This document shows positions 1-10,031 of a stretch of DNA of 51,222 bases, piece after piece. Under the pieces are notes generated by a model. The model saw nothing but the letters and a program-made list of their open reading frames with translations, had not been told where the DNA came from and searched no databases. Each line of letters starts with the position of its first letter. Position 1 is the stretch's first letter. Both the position numbers and the translations under genes were made by a program. The DNA comes from Gemmatimonadota bacterium (GTDB lineage: Bacteria > Gemmatimonadota > Gemmatimonadetes > Gemmatimonadales > GWC2-71-9), in the NCBI GenBank assembly GCA_036679645.1, contig JAZDCY010000023.1, forward strand, positions 1-51,222, read 5' to 3'.

Positions 1-3
1 CTC

Positions 4-1017
4 ATGCTCGCCGAGGCGGTCGCGTTTGCGCGCGCGAACGAGAACGCCGCGGGGCCGGACCTCCGCGAATACCTCGAGAGCCGGTTTCGCGACGATCCGT
101 ATGGCGAGTTACTGGGTCCGATGCGGGCCCGCGGGGGTCCCAACGGAGTGGTGATTCGGCAGGGATACATCGTGGCCCAGTGGGGGGACGTCGATCGCGT
201 GGACATGACGTTCAGCGTGTCCAAGAGCTATCTCGCGACGACGGTGGGGCTTGCCCTCGATCGCGGCATGATCCGCGACATGCACGACCGCGTCGCCGAG
301 TACGTGCGCGACGGCGGGTTCGATGGACCACACAACGGCCAGATCACATGGCACATGCTGCTCAACCAGACGAACGAGTGGGAAGGCACGCTGTGGGACA
401 AGCCCGATGTCGCCGACCGACGGCGCGGCCGCGACCGCAACCTGAACACGCCGGGCACGTTCTGGGAGTACAACGACGTACGCGTGAACAGGACGGCACT
501 CGCCGCGCTACGCGTGTGGCGGAAACCGCTGCCCGCCGTGTTGCGCGACGAGATCATGGACCCAATCGGCGCAACGGACACCTGGGAATGGCACGGGTAC
601 CGCAATTCGTGGGTGGAGATCGACGGCACGCGCATGCAATCCGTAAGTGGTGGCGGGCACTGGGGCGGCGGTGTGTGGGCCAGTACGTTCGACCATGCAC
701 GGTTCGGGCTGCTGTTCCTCCGGCGAGGTAGGTGGGAAGATCGGCAGCTGATCTCGGAGCACTGGATCGACATGATGACGACCCCCACCGACATCATGCC
801 GACGTACGGCTATATGTGGTGGCTCAACTCCGAGCGGCAGATGTACTCGAGCGCGCCGGCTACCGCGTTCTTCGCGCGGGGCGGCGGCGGTAACATCATC
901 TGGGTGGATCCCGAACACGACATCGTCGCCGTCATGCGGTGGATCGACACGGAAGCGGTGGACGGATTCATCGAGAGAGTACTGGCAGCAGTTGATGATC
1001 TAGATGGTGCGCGGTGA
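4..1017 (+). CDS. Serine hydrolase, beta-lactamase-related (probably 5' partial)
   Basis: SxxK (FSVSKS), YND and HARFGLLFLRRGRW motifs; the frame is open to the window edge. Confidence 0.85.
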   Translation: MLAEAVAFARANENAAGPDLREYLESRFRDDPYGELLGPMRARGGPNGVVIRQGYIVAQWGDVDRVDMTFSVSKSYLATTVGLALDRGMIRDMHDRVAEYVRDGGFDGPHNGQITWHMLLNQTNEWEGTLWDKPDVADRRRGRDRNLNTPGTFWEYNDVRVNRTALAALRVWRKPLPAVLRDEIMDPIGATDTWEWHGYRNSWVEIDGTRMQSVSGGGHWGGGVWASTFDHARFGLLFLRRGRWEDRQLISEHWIDMMTTPTDIMPTYGYMWWLNSERQMYSSAPATAFFARGGGGNIIWVDPEHDIVAVMRWIDTEAVDGFIERVLAAVDDLDGAR

Positions 1018-1064
1018 GCGGTATGCAGTGAGCAGGCGTTCCCGCGCACCGCTCCCCGCGCACC

Positions 1065-3290
1065 TTACTCAGCGAGGTTGAACTGCCTCGTAAACTTGAC
1101 TACCACCGCGCGGTCGAGCAGTCCGCTGGCGGCCCCGACCCGCCGTGCGTCGTTGAACACCACGAATAGCCCCGTGCCGGCGGTGCCGAGCCAGGCGAAA
1201 CGGAAATTGCCCGACGCTTCATCGGTCTGGTTGTTGTACTGGATGAGCGACTGCACGTAGATGCGCGGCGTAAAGGCGTAGGAAAGCCGCAGTCCTACCA
1301 GGGCGGTTTCAAAACTGCCTTCAGCCAACTCTACGTCAGAGACGTCGAATCGGAGCGCGGCCGCCAGGACAGAACCCAGTCGCGTACCGACTGTCCCGCT
1401 CGCACTCTTGCGGTGCCCCGAGTAGAACCCGCCTATGGTGATGCGCCCCTGGAGTGACACCGGAGAACTCAGGTTCGTGTTATACGCGAAGCCCCACGAC
1501 ACGTTGTCGTAGGTTCCCGGCGGGACGAAAATCCCTTCCGAGATTTCAAACGGCTCTTTGAGTCCCTCCCGCGTGAAGTTGACGGCGGGCAGCTGAAAGA
1601 ACGCGCCGTTGGCGAACTCGAAATGGCTGTCGATGTGAACGAGCCGTGATTCGGTGAAACCATCGAGATCAAAGAATTGCTGGGTCGTGATGTGTGGTCG
1701 TAGCTCCCGGAACCACGGCACGTTGGGTGTGCGAATTCGGCGGAGAAGATGCGCCCGCACGAACCGGTACGAGTTGCGCGGGAGAAATCCGACTTCGGGA
1801 TTGAAGTCCTCGGCGACTTCCCGGTACGAGAGACCGGCACTCCAGTCACGTGTGCTGAGCGAGCCGCCGACGCTCACGGCGTGGGAAGCACCTACCAGGC
1901 CAGGCGTCTCCGTGCGCGCAGCATAGCCGTCGAAGGTCAGCGCATCACCAATGCCGAGCTGGCCGTCGAGCGCGTATGTGAGATTGTAGTCGCTCGTTTG
2001 ATTTGTGTTGAGACGGCTGGCGAACGTCGCGCCCACACGTGACCGGTTCGGCAGCTCGCGAATCACCCGGACCGCGCTGAAGTTAGTCTCCGCCACGGTC
2101 GAGTCGTTGCCCTCGGTCTGGACGTCGAGCATGCCGACCGTGAACCCACGGACCTTACCGCTCACGCGGGCCCCACCGCGAATCGGCACTGCATTTCCGT
2201 CTTGGGAGATTCCTATGCGCCGGCTGAAGAGCAATTCCACCGACCGAGGCGTCCCTACCGAAAACGTCCCCGCGTTCTCGAGAAAGAACGGCCGTTTCTC
2301 GGGAAAGAACAGGCTGAAACGTGTGAGGTTGACTTGTTGCTCGTCCACCTCGACCTGTGCAAAGTCGGTGTTCACAGTGAGATCGAGCGTGAGACTCGGA
2401 GTGAGACCAATCTTCGCATCCCCACCCACCTCGCCGGAAAAATCGGTTTCCGCGCCGGTGACGAAATCGCGGCGCGCCGTCCCCAGCGCGTAGGGTGTCA
2501 CCGACAGCACGCGCTTCGCCGGTGGGTCGATCCCAAGCAGTGTGCCTGCCTCCGAGACCCGGTAGAGTGTGTGCTGGCGTGGCACGGGTGCCCAGAAATC
2601 CTGCTCGTTGCGCCGCCGGACGTAGCGAGCAAGGTTCATCCCCCACCCGTTTCCACTCGCATCGCCGTACCGCAGCGTCGAGAATGGAATGCGGAACTCG
2701 GCGTACCAGCCGCGCGCATCCACAGACGTTGCGACTTCCCAGCTTCCATCCCAGTTGAGGTTGAGGCCGCCACCGGATCCGCCCTGCTGGCGCCGGCCGG
2801 CGAGTGACCCGCCCGACCCGCCTTCCCCTTCCTTAGTAACCTGCCCGTCGTACTCGAGCCCGGCCGGCGTTGTGCCGAAGACAAAAGCGTTCTGCCGATC
2901 CAGATAGGTGTCGAACACGATGAGAAAGGCATCCATGTTCTGTAGATTCACGTCGCGCCGTGTTTCCCCGGCGACGATCGACGCCGGGTCGGAGTCGTAG
3001 AGCCACGCGCCGACGTAGACGGCTACGTCGTCGAAAACGATACGCACCTCGGTGCGTTCGGTTGCAGCGCGACCCTCGAACGGCTCGTGTTGGACGAATC
3101 CGGCGATCGGGGCCACTCGTGCCCAGACCGGATCGTCGAGTCGTCCATCCAGGGTCGGCGGATCATCCGTGCGACGAGCGTCGGCGACCGGCATACGCGG
3201 AGACACGCGGCTGGGTGTTAGCGGTTCCTCCTGCGCCGCAAGCGCGCCGGGTATTATGAAGACGGGCAGGACCCTAGACAGCACTGACAT
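1065..3290 (-). CDS. CBM9-like + DUF5916 outer-membrane protein
   Basis: Signal peptide from ATG 3290; PTLDGRLDDPVW, TVNTDFAQVEVD and FFPEKRPFFLE motifs. Confidence 0.8.
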   Translation of the reverse strand: MSVLSRVLPVFIIPGALAAQEEPLTPSRVSPRMPVADARRTDDPPTLDGRLDDPVWARVAPIAGFVQHEPFEGRAATERTEVRIVFDDVAVYVGAWLYDSDPASIVAGETRRDVNLQNMDAFLIVFDTYLDRQNAFVFGTTPAGLEYDGQVTKEGEGGSGGSLAGRRQQGGSGGGLNLNWDGSWEVATSVDARGWYAEFRIPFSTLRYGDASGNGWGMNLARYVRRRNEQDFWAPVPRQHTLYRVSEAGTLLGIDPPAKRVLSVTPYALGTARRDFVTGAETDFSGEVGGDAKIGLTPSLTLDLTVNTDFAQVEVDEQQVNLTRFSLFFPEKRPFFLENAGTFSVGTPRSVELLFSRRIGISQDGNAVPIRGGARVSGKVRGFTVGMLDVQTEGNDSTVAETNFSAVRVIRELPNRSRVGATFASRLNTNQTSDYNLTYALDGQLGIGDALTFDGYAARTETPGLVGASHAVSVGGSLSTRDWSAGLSYREVAEDFNPEVGFLPRNSYRFVRAHLLRRIRTPNVPWFRELRPHITTQQFFDLDGFTESRLVHIDSHFEFANGAFFQLPAVNFTREGLKEPFEISEGIFVPPGTYDNVSWGFAYNTNLSSPVSLQGRITIGGFYSGHRKSASGTVGTRLGSVLAAALRFDVSDVELAEGSFETALVGLRLSYAFTPRIYVQSLIQYNNQTDEASGNFRFAWLGTAGTGLFVVFNDARRVGAASGLLDRAVVVKFTRQFNLAE

Positions 3291-3480
3291 GCCACGGACA
3301 GTACGTTGACGGCATACTCGAAGCCAGCGGGAACCCGCCGCAGGTAGACGCCCCAAGGATTCGGGTATGTGCGGCTGCGTCCGGCTGCACGAACACGTCG
3401 GGGCGTGTATCGTTCAAGATGTGGCGTGCCGGACCGCGCGCGCAGTGTACCACCGCAATGCCATAAGAACTGGAGTTGTC

Positions 3481-4890
3481 ATGACGTGGAGGCTTGGCCG
3501 GCCGGCACACAGGCTGGTCGCCGCTCTGTTGTACATACTCATCGCCCCGTCGGCGAACGCGCAGCAGGATAGCGTGCCAGCGGCGGATTCCCTGCGGACT
3601 GGCAAGCAGGAACATATGCGCCTGCGCGGGCTCGAGCGCCCGCCGCGGCGAGGCAGTGCGGCGCTCCGCACCGTCGGGAACGTCGTCCTGTTTCTACCTC
3701 GCACCGTGGTAGACGGCCTGCTGTTCTCTACGGGATTCGGCGCGCGACTCGTTGATGACAGCAAGTTCATCGACCGATTGTCCGACTTCGTGTACGTGTA
3801 CGAGCGCCGTATTGGCTGGTACCCGATCGTGCTCGTGGGATCTGGTGACGGACCGGCCGCCGGCGCCACAATCTTCTATCGCGCACGCCCGACCGGCGGC
3901 TCCCTCGGCGGCTACTTCGGTGGCACCGAGTTCTGGCTGGTGAAGATGAATGTGTCGCACGGGTTCAAGACCGGTGATGCGGTGTGGCGCTTCGCGGTCA
4001 CCGGGATCGCCAACGACCGGCCGGACTACGAGTTCAACGGGTTCGGCGCAAATCCGCTCACCGACCCGCGGAACCCGCTGAACCCCGGCGTCACATCGAC
4101 GCGGGGACGGTACGAGCAACGCATGTTCCGGGGACAAGTCGTCCTGGGTGTTAGGCCGGCGCCGGCATGGGAGATCTTCTACACCGGCATGTACTCCGAT
4201 CGCGAATTGGACTTACCTGATGATGCGAGTAGTTCAAACATCGACCAGGTATTCGATCTAGCACAACTTCCCGGTTTTGCTCCCGGCGGCGGAAACGAAG
4301 CACAGATCAACCAGTTATACAACGAAGTCGCCGTCCGCCTCGATACTCGCGCATACCGCGGGCAGATTCATCCTGGCATACGTGTCGAGGGTTACGGCGG
4401 CATTTCGGTCGGGATGGCCGGCGATGAGAGCCGCTTCGCTCGCGGCGGAATCGACGTAGCCGCCTACGTGCCCGTCATTCGACGGAACAGGCTGCTCGTT
4501 CCCCGCGTCATCGTCGACGCACTCGAGAATCTCGATGACAACGTGCAGATCCCGTTCACCAATTTCGCACGCCACCTGTCGTTTCGCGGCACCAGTCCCC
4601 GCACAATGCTCCGGGCGGACAACGTCATGGTGCAGCCTTCGATCGAGTACCAATGGCCACTAGCCTTCAACGTGCGCGGGCACCTGTTTCTCGACTACCT
4701 GCTTGTTGCTAGGCGCTTTGCGGACCTCACGTTCTCGGGGGCGCCGTACGCGTACGGCCTGGGCCTCGACGTGCATTCTTCCGACAGCGAGATCGCGCGC
4801 TTCAGCGTGTCCAACGGCTCGGAGGGAATTCGCGTCTTCTTGACCATCGGCCTCAGCACGTTCGCCAACGATCGCACGAAATGGAATTGA
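3481..4890 (+). CDS. Omp85/BamA-TamA-like outer-membrane barrel protein
   Basis: GGAG RBS before ATG 3481; signal peptide; amphipathic strands; SFRG motif and SIEYQWP/LFLDY C-terminal strands. Confidence 0.6.
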   Translation: MTWRLGRPAHRLVAALLYILIAPSANAQQDSVPAADSLRTGKQEHMRLRGLERPPRRGSAALRTVGNVVLFLPRTVVDGLLFSTGFGARLVDDSKFIDRLSDFVYVYERRIGWYPIVLVGSGDGPAAGATIFYRARPTGGSLGGYFGGTEFWLVKMNVSHGFKTGDAVWRFAVTGIANDRPDYEFNGFGANPLTDPRNPLNPGVTSTRGRYEQRMFRGQVVLGVRPAPAWEIFYTGMYSDRELDLPDDASSSNIDQVFDLAQLPGFAPGGGNEAQINQLYNEVAVRLDTRAYRGQIHPGIRVEGYGGISVGMAGDESRFARGGIDVAAYVPVIRRNRLLVPRVIVDALENLDDNVQIPFTNFARHLSFRGTSPRTMLRADNVMVQPSIEYQWPLAFNVRGHLFLDYLLVARRFADLTFSGAPYAYGLGLDVHSSDSEIARFSVSNGSEGIRVFLTIGLSTFANDRTKWN

Positions 4891-4892
4891 AG

Positions 4893-6510
4893 ATGGCAGC
4901 GATATGCCTTTCCTACCTCCGACCTTTGCCGCGTGCCCGCGCGACATGGACAACGTGGCTCGTATGCGGGACCGTGGCCGCCGTGGGATGCTCCGCGACC
5001 GCTCGGTTCGCACCGGTCGCTCCCGTCACCGTGGCAGGCGACACTCTGCCGAGTCCGGTGCCACGGGGCACCAGTTTCGGCATGGCCGCGTATCAGTACG
5101 ACCTCGTAGTGCGGCGTCCGGCGGGCGCGTGACGTGAACTCGATTGACGAGCTACCCACATCGTCATGGTACACTCCGCGGTTGGGATATCGACCCGTCA
5201 GTCCCGCAGAGCTGCTGCGCGGCCCGGAGGATGTTGGCCCCCCCCAGTTGCCAATCACAGTCGTGGAGGCCAAAGTCGGCGGCGGGAACCCGGGATTCAT
5301 CGTTGCGGATGCTCGGGGGCAGCGCTACCTCACGAAATTCGATCCGCCCGAGTTCCCCGGTGTCGAAACAACCACCGCCCTCGTCGTGAATCGCCTGTTC
5401 TGGGGCTTCGGGTACAACGTGCCGGAGGACTATCTCCTCGTGTTCGGGCGGGACGATCTTCATATCGATCCACAGGGGGAAGTCACCGCGGCCGGCGTGG
5501 ATTCGATTCTCGCGCGCGTGGCGCCACCGACGGATGGCCAATACCGCGCTACCGCGAGCCTCTTCATCGAAGGCATCATACTCGGCGCCGTGCCCGATAA
5601 GGGCAGACGCAAGGATGATCTCAACGACCTGGTCGCGCACGAGAACCGGCGCATTCTGCGCGCCATGCGCGTCTTTGGCGCGTTCGTCAACCACACCGAT
5701 CTCCGCATCGACAACAGCCTCGATGCCTACGTGGGAGAGCCCGGACGTGGGTACGTCCGACACTATATGCTCGATTTTGGCGAGGCTCTGGGAGGACACG
5801 CCGCGGAACACGGCTGGATGTGGGACGGCTTCCGGCGGTATTTCGATTTCGGCGAAGCGTTCACACGCATGCTGACACTGGGACTCGTGGTCGAGGACTG
5901 GGAGAACCTCACGTACACTCCGTGGCCGTCAGTCGGCGCATTCGAGGCTGAGGTGTTCGACCCCGCGAACTGGAAAACCGTCTCCGCGTACGAGCCGATG
6001 CTGTTCAGCCAGCCAGACGACGACTACTGGGCAGCCAAGGTCGTGGGCGCGGTCACGCGCGAGCACCTCGAAGCATTGGTTCGCGCCGCGCAGTATCCTG
6101 AACCGGAAGCGGGGGAGTACGTCGTCGAGACATTGATGGAGCGACGCCGGAAGATCCTCGAGTACTTTCTTAGGCAGGTCTCGCCCGTTGACCCAGTGAG
6201 CTACCGCGGGGGCGCGTTGCAACTGCGCGACATGTATCGGGTGCTCGCACCCGCCGCCGACCCAACCTCGAGCTACGACGTGCGTTTCTATAACGACCGC
6301 GGTCACGAGGTAGCCGATCGCCTCGAACTCGACGTACTCGGTGAGACTTTCGTTGTTTCGGTTCCTACCGACATGTTTGATCGGGGGGAAGGTTACGTAC
6401 GCATCGACGTGCGCTCGCACTGGCAAGAACACGAGGCACCACGTCCCGCCCAATTCCACCTCCGCCGTACCGCCGACGGGTCGGTACGCATCGTAGGCAT
6501 AGTCCATTAA
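4893..6510 (+). pseudogene. Lipoprotein with atypical kinase-like fold, split by a frameshift near 5110-5130
   Basis: Upstream frame has lipobox AAVG-C and stops at 5132; downstream frame reads ARDVNSIDE..YLTKFD..HTDLRIDN..LDFG and has TAG at 5107-5109. Confidence 0.55.
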
Positions 6511-6610
6511 TAGCGGGTCCGATATTGGGCCGACTCACCGACGCCGTGAATCAACCTTCATTCAGCTTTTAGGCTTAGTGCAAAGTATTCACCTTAGGAT
6601 GCGGCAGTGA

Positions 6611-6636
6611 GATTGTGGACTTCGAGGTCCACAATC
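6611..6636. promoter_or_regulatory. Perfect 10-bp inverted repeat, probable Rrf2 operator
   Basis: GATTGTGGAC-N6-GTCCACAATC about 30 nt upstream of the Rrf2 fragment. Confidence 0.5.
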
Positions 6637-6665
6637 GTTCCTGACCCAGACACCATGGGGTTACG

Positions 6666-6850
6666 GTGCTCGCCCTCTCGCATTCCGCGGGATATGCCAC
6701 ACTAGCTCTCAGCTGCATTACCGCAGCGGAGGGCAGACGAGTCCCGGCGCGGGAGATTCACAGTTGCACCGGGATCCCACGCGCCTATCTCCCCAAGGTA
6801 CTGCACTCCCTCGTCGTTGCCGGGCTGGTAGACGCCCACGAAGGGCTACG
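6666..6850 (+). pseudogene. Truncated Rrf2-family regulator (N-terminal wHTH only)
   Basis: LSHSAGYATLAL..AREI..GIPRAYLPKVLHSLVVAGLV; resemblance ends at the wing. Confidence 0.65.
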
Positions 6851-7220
6851 CGGCGCTGCAGATCCACCCGGAATCCGGCATTGTCGTCGAGGCGTACGCC
6901 GACTATGAGGACCGCCCGGACGAGACCGACCGTGCGACATTCCAAGGCCTCGCGGCGTGGCAGGGGGACAACGCCCGCATCGGTGTCCTCGCGGCACGGC
7001 AGCGGCGGGAAATAGCCGGGGCACCAACCCTGAATCTCGATGTCATCTCGGCGTTTGTCGTTGCTCAGGTGAACGAGCGCGTCTCGCTGCTCGCTCGGTA
7101 CGATCGCACGTTTGACCCCAATCCCGACGGCGACGGCATCGCGTACCTGCCCTTCGACCCCACTGCTGAGTCCAATTTCCTACTCGGCGGGATCGATATT
7201 ACCGTCCATGAGCACTCTCA
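6841..7220 (+). pseudogene. Internal fragment of a porin-like beta-barrel gene
   Basis: Start-less frame KGYAALQIHPESGIVVEAYADYEDRP..LLARYDRTFDPNPDG..NFLLGGID with alternating hydrophobic strands; TAG at 6829 upstream. Confidence 0.5.
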
Positions 7221-7405
7221 TCTGCCATCGGGGCGATGCGGGAAGGCGCGGTACACTCGAACGTCCGCAAGGCACTCGCTGCGGGCATCGATCGGGCCAC
7301 CCTCGAGCAAGTCGTGGCACTCGCGGCCGGGACGATGGGCCTTCCCTTTCTCACCGCGTGTCCTTATCAGGTTAAGGGCTGTCCTTGACTCCTGGTTGCA
7401 AGTCG

Positions 7406-7435
7406 TAGTATCATCTGTTTGGATAGATGATACTA
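7406..7435. promoter_or_regulatory. Perfect 11-bp inverted repeat overlapping the antitoxin start (auto-operator)
   Basis: TAGTATCATCT-N8-AGATGATACTA. Confidence 0.65.
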
Positions 7436-8004
7436 TGGAAATCCGGAGTAGCTCCCACTCGGCTTCCGGTCGATTCCTCTTGAGGATCGATCCCGGGCTC
7501 CACGCTGCTCTTCGTGAGGCTGCCCGCGAGGCAGGCGTTTCGCTCAACGAGTACTGCGCGAGGAAGCTGGCGCTGCCGACGGGCAGCGTGGCCAGACCGT
7601 CCTCAGAGGCCGTTGCACGAGCCGCCGCTATCGTCGGTAACGCCCTGATCGGTGTGGTGGGGTTTGGATCATGGGCTCGACGCGAGCTGGCCCAGAGTTC
7701 GGACGTGGATCTCATGCTCATCGTCGAGCAGGAATACGAGATCGGCAGAGCGATCTACCGCCATTGGGATGAGGCGCCGCTCATGTGGGACGGCCACCTC
7801 GTCGAGCCGCACTTCGTCCACTTGCCGGAACCCGGCGCGCGCATCAGCGGGACGTGGGCAGAGGTGGCGGTGGACGGGGTGGTAATGTTCGACCGCGGCC
7901 TGACTGTGTCGAGGCGGCTGGTGGAGCTGCGCCGGCAGATCATCTCGGGTCGTCTAGCGCAGCGCCGGAGTCACGGACAATCCTACTGGGTGGAGGTCGC
8001 CTGA
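7435..8004 (+). CDS. HicB-like RHH domain fused to a minimal nucleotidyltransferase (MNT) antitoxin
   Basis: SGRFLLRIDPGLHAALREAAREAGVSLNEYC (RHH) followed by FGSWAR..SDVDL (GS..DxD). Confidence 0.8.
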   Translation: MEIRSSSHSASGRFLLRIDPGLHAALREAAREAGVSLNEYCARKLALPTGSVARPSSEAVARAAAIVGNALIGVVGFGSWARRELAQSSDVDLMLIVEQEYEIGRAIYRHWDEAPLMWDGHLVEPHFVHLPEPGARISGTWAEVAVDGVVMFDRGLTVSRRLVELRRQIISGRLAQRRSHGQSYWVEVA

Positions 8005-8005
8005 G

Positions 8006-8425
8006 ATGCGGAATGCCGATCTTGCCTTGGACTACCTCCGTCGGTCTGAGGTTCGTCTCCGCGCGCTGGACGTCTTGTTCGAGGGCGAGAGCTGGGCCGA
8101 CGTGGTACGCGAGTCCCAGGAAATCGTAGAGCTGACGCTGAAGGCACTCCTGCGGGCCTGCGGCATCGATCCCCCGCGCATTCACGACGTCTCAGAAGTC
8201 TTGCTGGCGGAGCGGGAACGCCTGCCCAACGAGCTGCTGGGCGAGATCAAGACCCTCACGCGAATCTCGCGTGACCTTCGGCGCGACCGGGAGCTGGCCT
8301 TCTATGGCGCCGAAGACCTGACCCCGTCCGGATTCTACTCCCGCGACGACGCGGAGCAGGCCCGGAGCGGAGCACGGCGCACTGTGGAGCTGGTAAGGCC
8401 GCACGTAAGCAGCAACATTCGCTAG
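8006..8425 (+). CDS. HEPN-domain protein
   Basis: SQEIVELTLKALL..PPRIHDV motif; directly follows the MNT gene. Confidence 0.8.
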   Translation: MRNADLALDYLRRSEVRLRALDVLFEGESWADVVRESQEIVELTLKALLRACGIDPPRIHDVSEVLLAERERLPNELLGEIKTLTRISRDLRRDRELAFYGAEDLTPSGFYSRDDAEQARSGARRTVELVRPHVSSNIR

Positions 8426-8462
8426 GTAGATAGCTGTCTTCTGGGCAAGGATTTACGCATGT

Positions 8463-8495
8463 TGTATTGCAAGTACTACATGGCTGTAATACATT
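8463..8495 (+). promoter_or_regulatory. Sigma70-like promoter with overlapping inverted repeat; leaderless TA transcript
   Basis: TTGCAA(8467)-N17-TACATT(8490), ATG 6 nt later; TGTATTGCA/TGTAATACA imperfect inverted repeat. Confidence 0.55.
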
Positions 8496-8501
8496 CAACT
8501 C

Positions 8502-8735
8502 ATGGACAAGACGATTCGAAACCTCGACGCATCCGCGTACCGCGCACTCAAAGCCCGGGCGGCTCAGGAGGGGAAAAGCATAGGCCGGGCGGTGAGTGAG
8601 GCCATCCAGGCCTACGTGACCAGACCCGCGTCCGGTCCACGCGCCGGGAGCTTGCGGGATCTCACACCGGAGCCGTACCCCGCCGAGCATGACCGGTTGA
8701 GTGAGGAGATCGACACGGTCGTCTACGGCGTCTGA
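8502..8735 (+). CDS. RHH antitoxin (VapB/FitA-like)
   Basis: KTIRNLDASAYRALKARAAQEGKSIG; upstream of a PIN gene. Confidence 0.75.
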   Translation: MDKTIRNLDASAYRALKARAAQEGKSIGRAVSEAIQAYVTRPASGPRAGSLRDLTPEPYPAEHDRLSEEIDTVVYGV

Positions 8736-8737
8736 GC

Positions 8738-9139
8738 GTGGTCGTTCTCGACTCGTCCTTTCTCGTCGCGTATCACAACACCCGCGACGTGCATCACGCG
8801 GCGGCTGCACGTGCCATGGTCCAACTGCTCGGCGGCGCATGGGGTCAGGTGCTGCTCCTCGAGTACGTCTTCCTTGAGGTCGTCACTGTGTTGTTGTTAC
8901 GGCGCGGGCCGGAAACCGCGTTCGCCATAGCCGACACCTTGCTCGGCGCGCGCGAAGTGCGGTTCGTTCCCTGCTCCGATCTCTTTCTCGACGCGCTCTC
9001 CCGGTTCCGAGACCAGAAACATGGGCGCCTCAGTTTTGTGGATGCGGCGATCGCCGTTGTGGCACGGCGGGATACAGGCTACGTGCTGACGTTCGATACC
9101 GGCTTCAACGCGGTCGAGGGATTAAGGGTCATCCCCTGA
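8738..9139 (+). CDS. vapC: PIN-domain toxin
   Basis: VVLDSS, E, LSFVDA and TFD acidic PIN motifs. Confidence 0.85.
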   Translation: MVVLDSSFLVAYHNTRDVHHAAAARAMVQLLGGAWGQVLLLEYVFLEVVTVLLLRRGPETAFAIADTLLGAREVRFVPCSDLFLDALSRFRDQKHGRLSFVDAAIAVVARRDTGYVLTFDTGFNAVEGLRVIP

Positions 9140-9147
9140 CGAACACA

Positions 9148-9975
9148 TCAGCCTCCAGAGCCGTTGGCGAGCAATCGCTCGAACAGCTCCGTTTGCCGTG
9201 GACCATCCCACTCGCGTGGCCCAATCTCCCGCTTGAGCAGCCGGCCGTGCCGGTCGATCACGAAGCTTTCCGGCACGCCCGTCGTCTGAAACGCCTGCTC
9301 GATCTGGCCTGAGCGGTCGTGCAGGATCGTGAACGTGAGGCCGCGCTCTTCCGCCCACCGTTGGACCTTGTGCGTGCTCTCCTGATCGACGCTCACCGCC
9401 ACGATGCGGAGTCCTTTCGGACCCAACTCCTGGTGCAACCGCTCCATCGACGGCATCTCCTGCTCGCACGGCGCACACCAGGTTGCCCAGATGTTGAGCA
9501 ACACGACCTCTCCCGCGAAATCCGCAAGCGATATCTCGGTTCCGGACTGCACGTCGATAGCGTGGAACTCCGGGACCGCATCGCCCGGGACAATCAAGCG
9601 AGTCTCCGGCGACAGCAGCACGGCGGCGGTGAGCGCAGCCGCGAGCCCGGTTACGATGCCGGCGACGGCGATCCACTGCCCGCGCCGTCCCCCAATGCGG
9701 CGTCCGGGTTGCGCTCGCCCCGGGCTGCGGAGCAGATCGCGCGCGAGGCTGAGCAGACGACGCCGTACCTCCGGCGGCGGCCGGAGCGGTGCCGCATCGG
9801 GCAGCGCGCCCGCGACCTGCTCGATGCCCTCGAACTCCACCCGACACGCGTCGCACCCGGCCAGATGCCGGCGCGCCGCAGCCTCCGCGGTCGAGGAGAG
9901 CGTACCCTCGACCAGGTCAAGCAGCTTCGAGCGGATATCGTTGCAATCAGGATTCACGTTGGTACCTACCCTCAC
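9148..9975 (-). CDS. zf-HC2 (ZAS) anti-sigma factor fused through a TM helix to a TlpA/ResA thioredoxin domain
   Basis: C..HLAGCDAC; TM WIAVAGIVTGLAAALTAAVLL; NIWATWCAPC..GVPESFVID; start may be GTG 9957. Confidence 0.8.
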   Translation of the reverse strand: MRVGTNVNPDCNDIRSKLLDLVEGTLSSTAEAAARRHLAGCDACRVEFEGIEQVAGALPDAAPLRPPPEVRRRLLSLARDLLRSPGRAQPGRRIGGRRGQWIAVAGIVTGLAAALTAAVLLSPETRLIVPGDAVPEFHAIDVQSGTEISLADFAGEVVLLNIWATWCAPCEQEMPSMERLHQELGPKGLRIVAVSVDQESTHKVQRWAEERGLTFTILHDRSGQIEQAFQTTGVPESFVIDRHGRLLKREIGPREWDGPRQTELFERLLANGSGG

Positions 9976-10031
9976 CTACTAATGAAAACGCGCGTTCATG
10001 CGCCCGGGTAACGTGCTCACAGGACCTCCGC

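Noticed and set aside
5130..5132. TGA readthrough in the lipoprotein gene
   Set aside because: Readthrough meets another TGA four codons later; continuation needs a frame change
7069..8004. 311-aa ORF as a single protein
   Set aside because: Chance in-frame join of a porin remnant, non-coding sequence and the RHH-MNT gene starting at 7435
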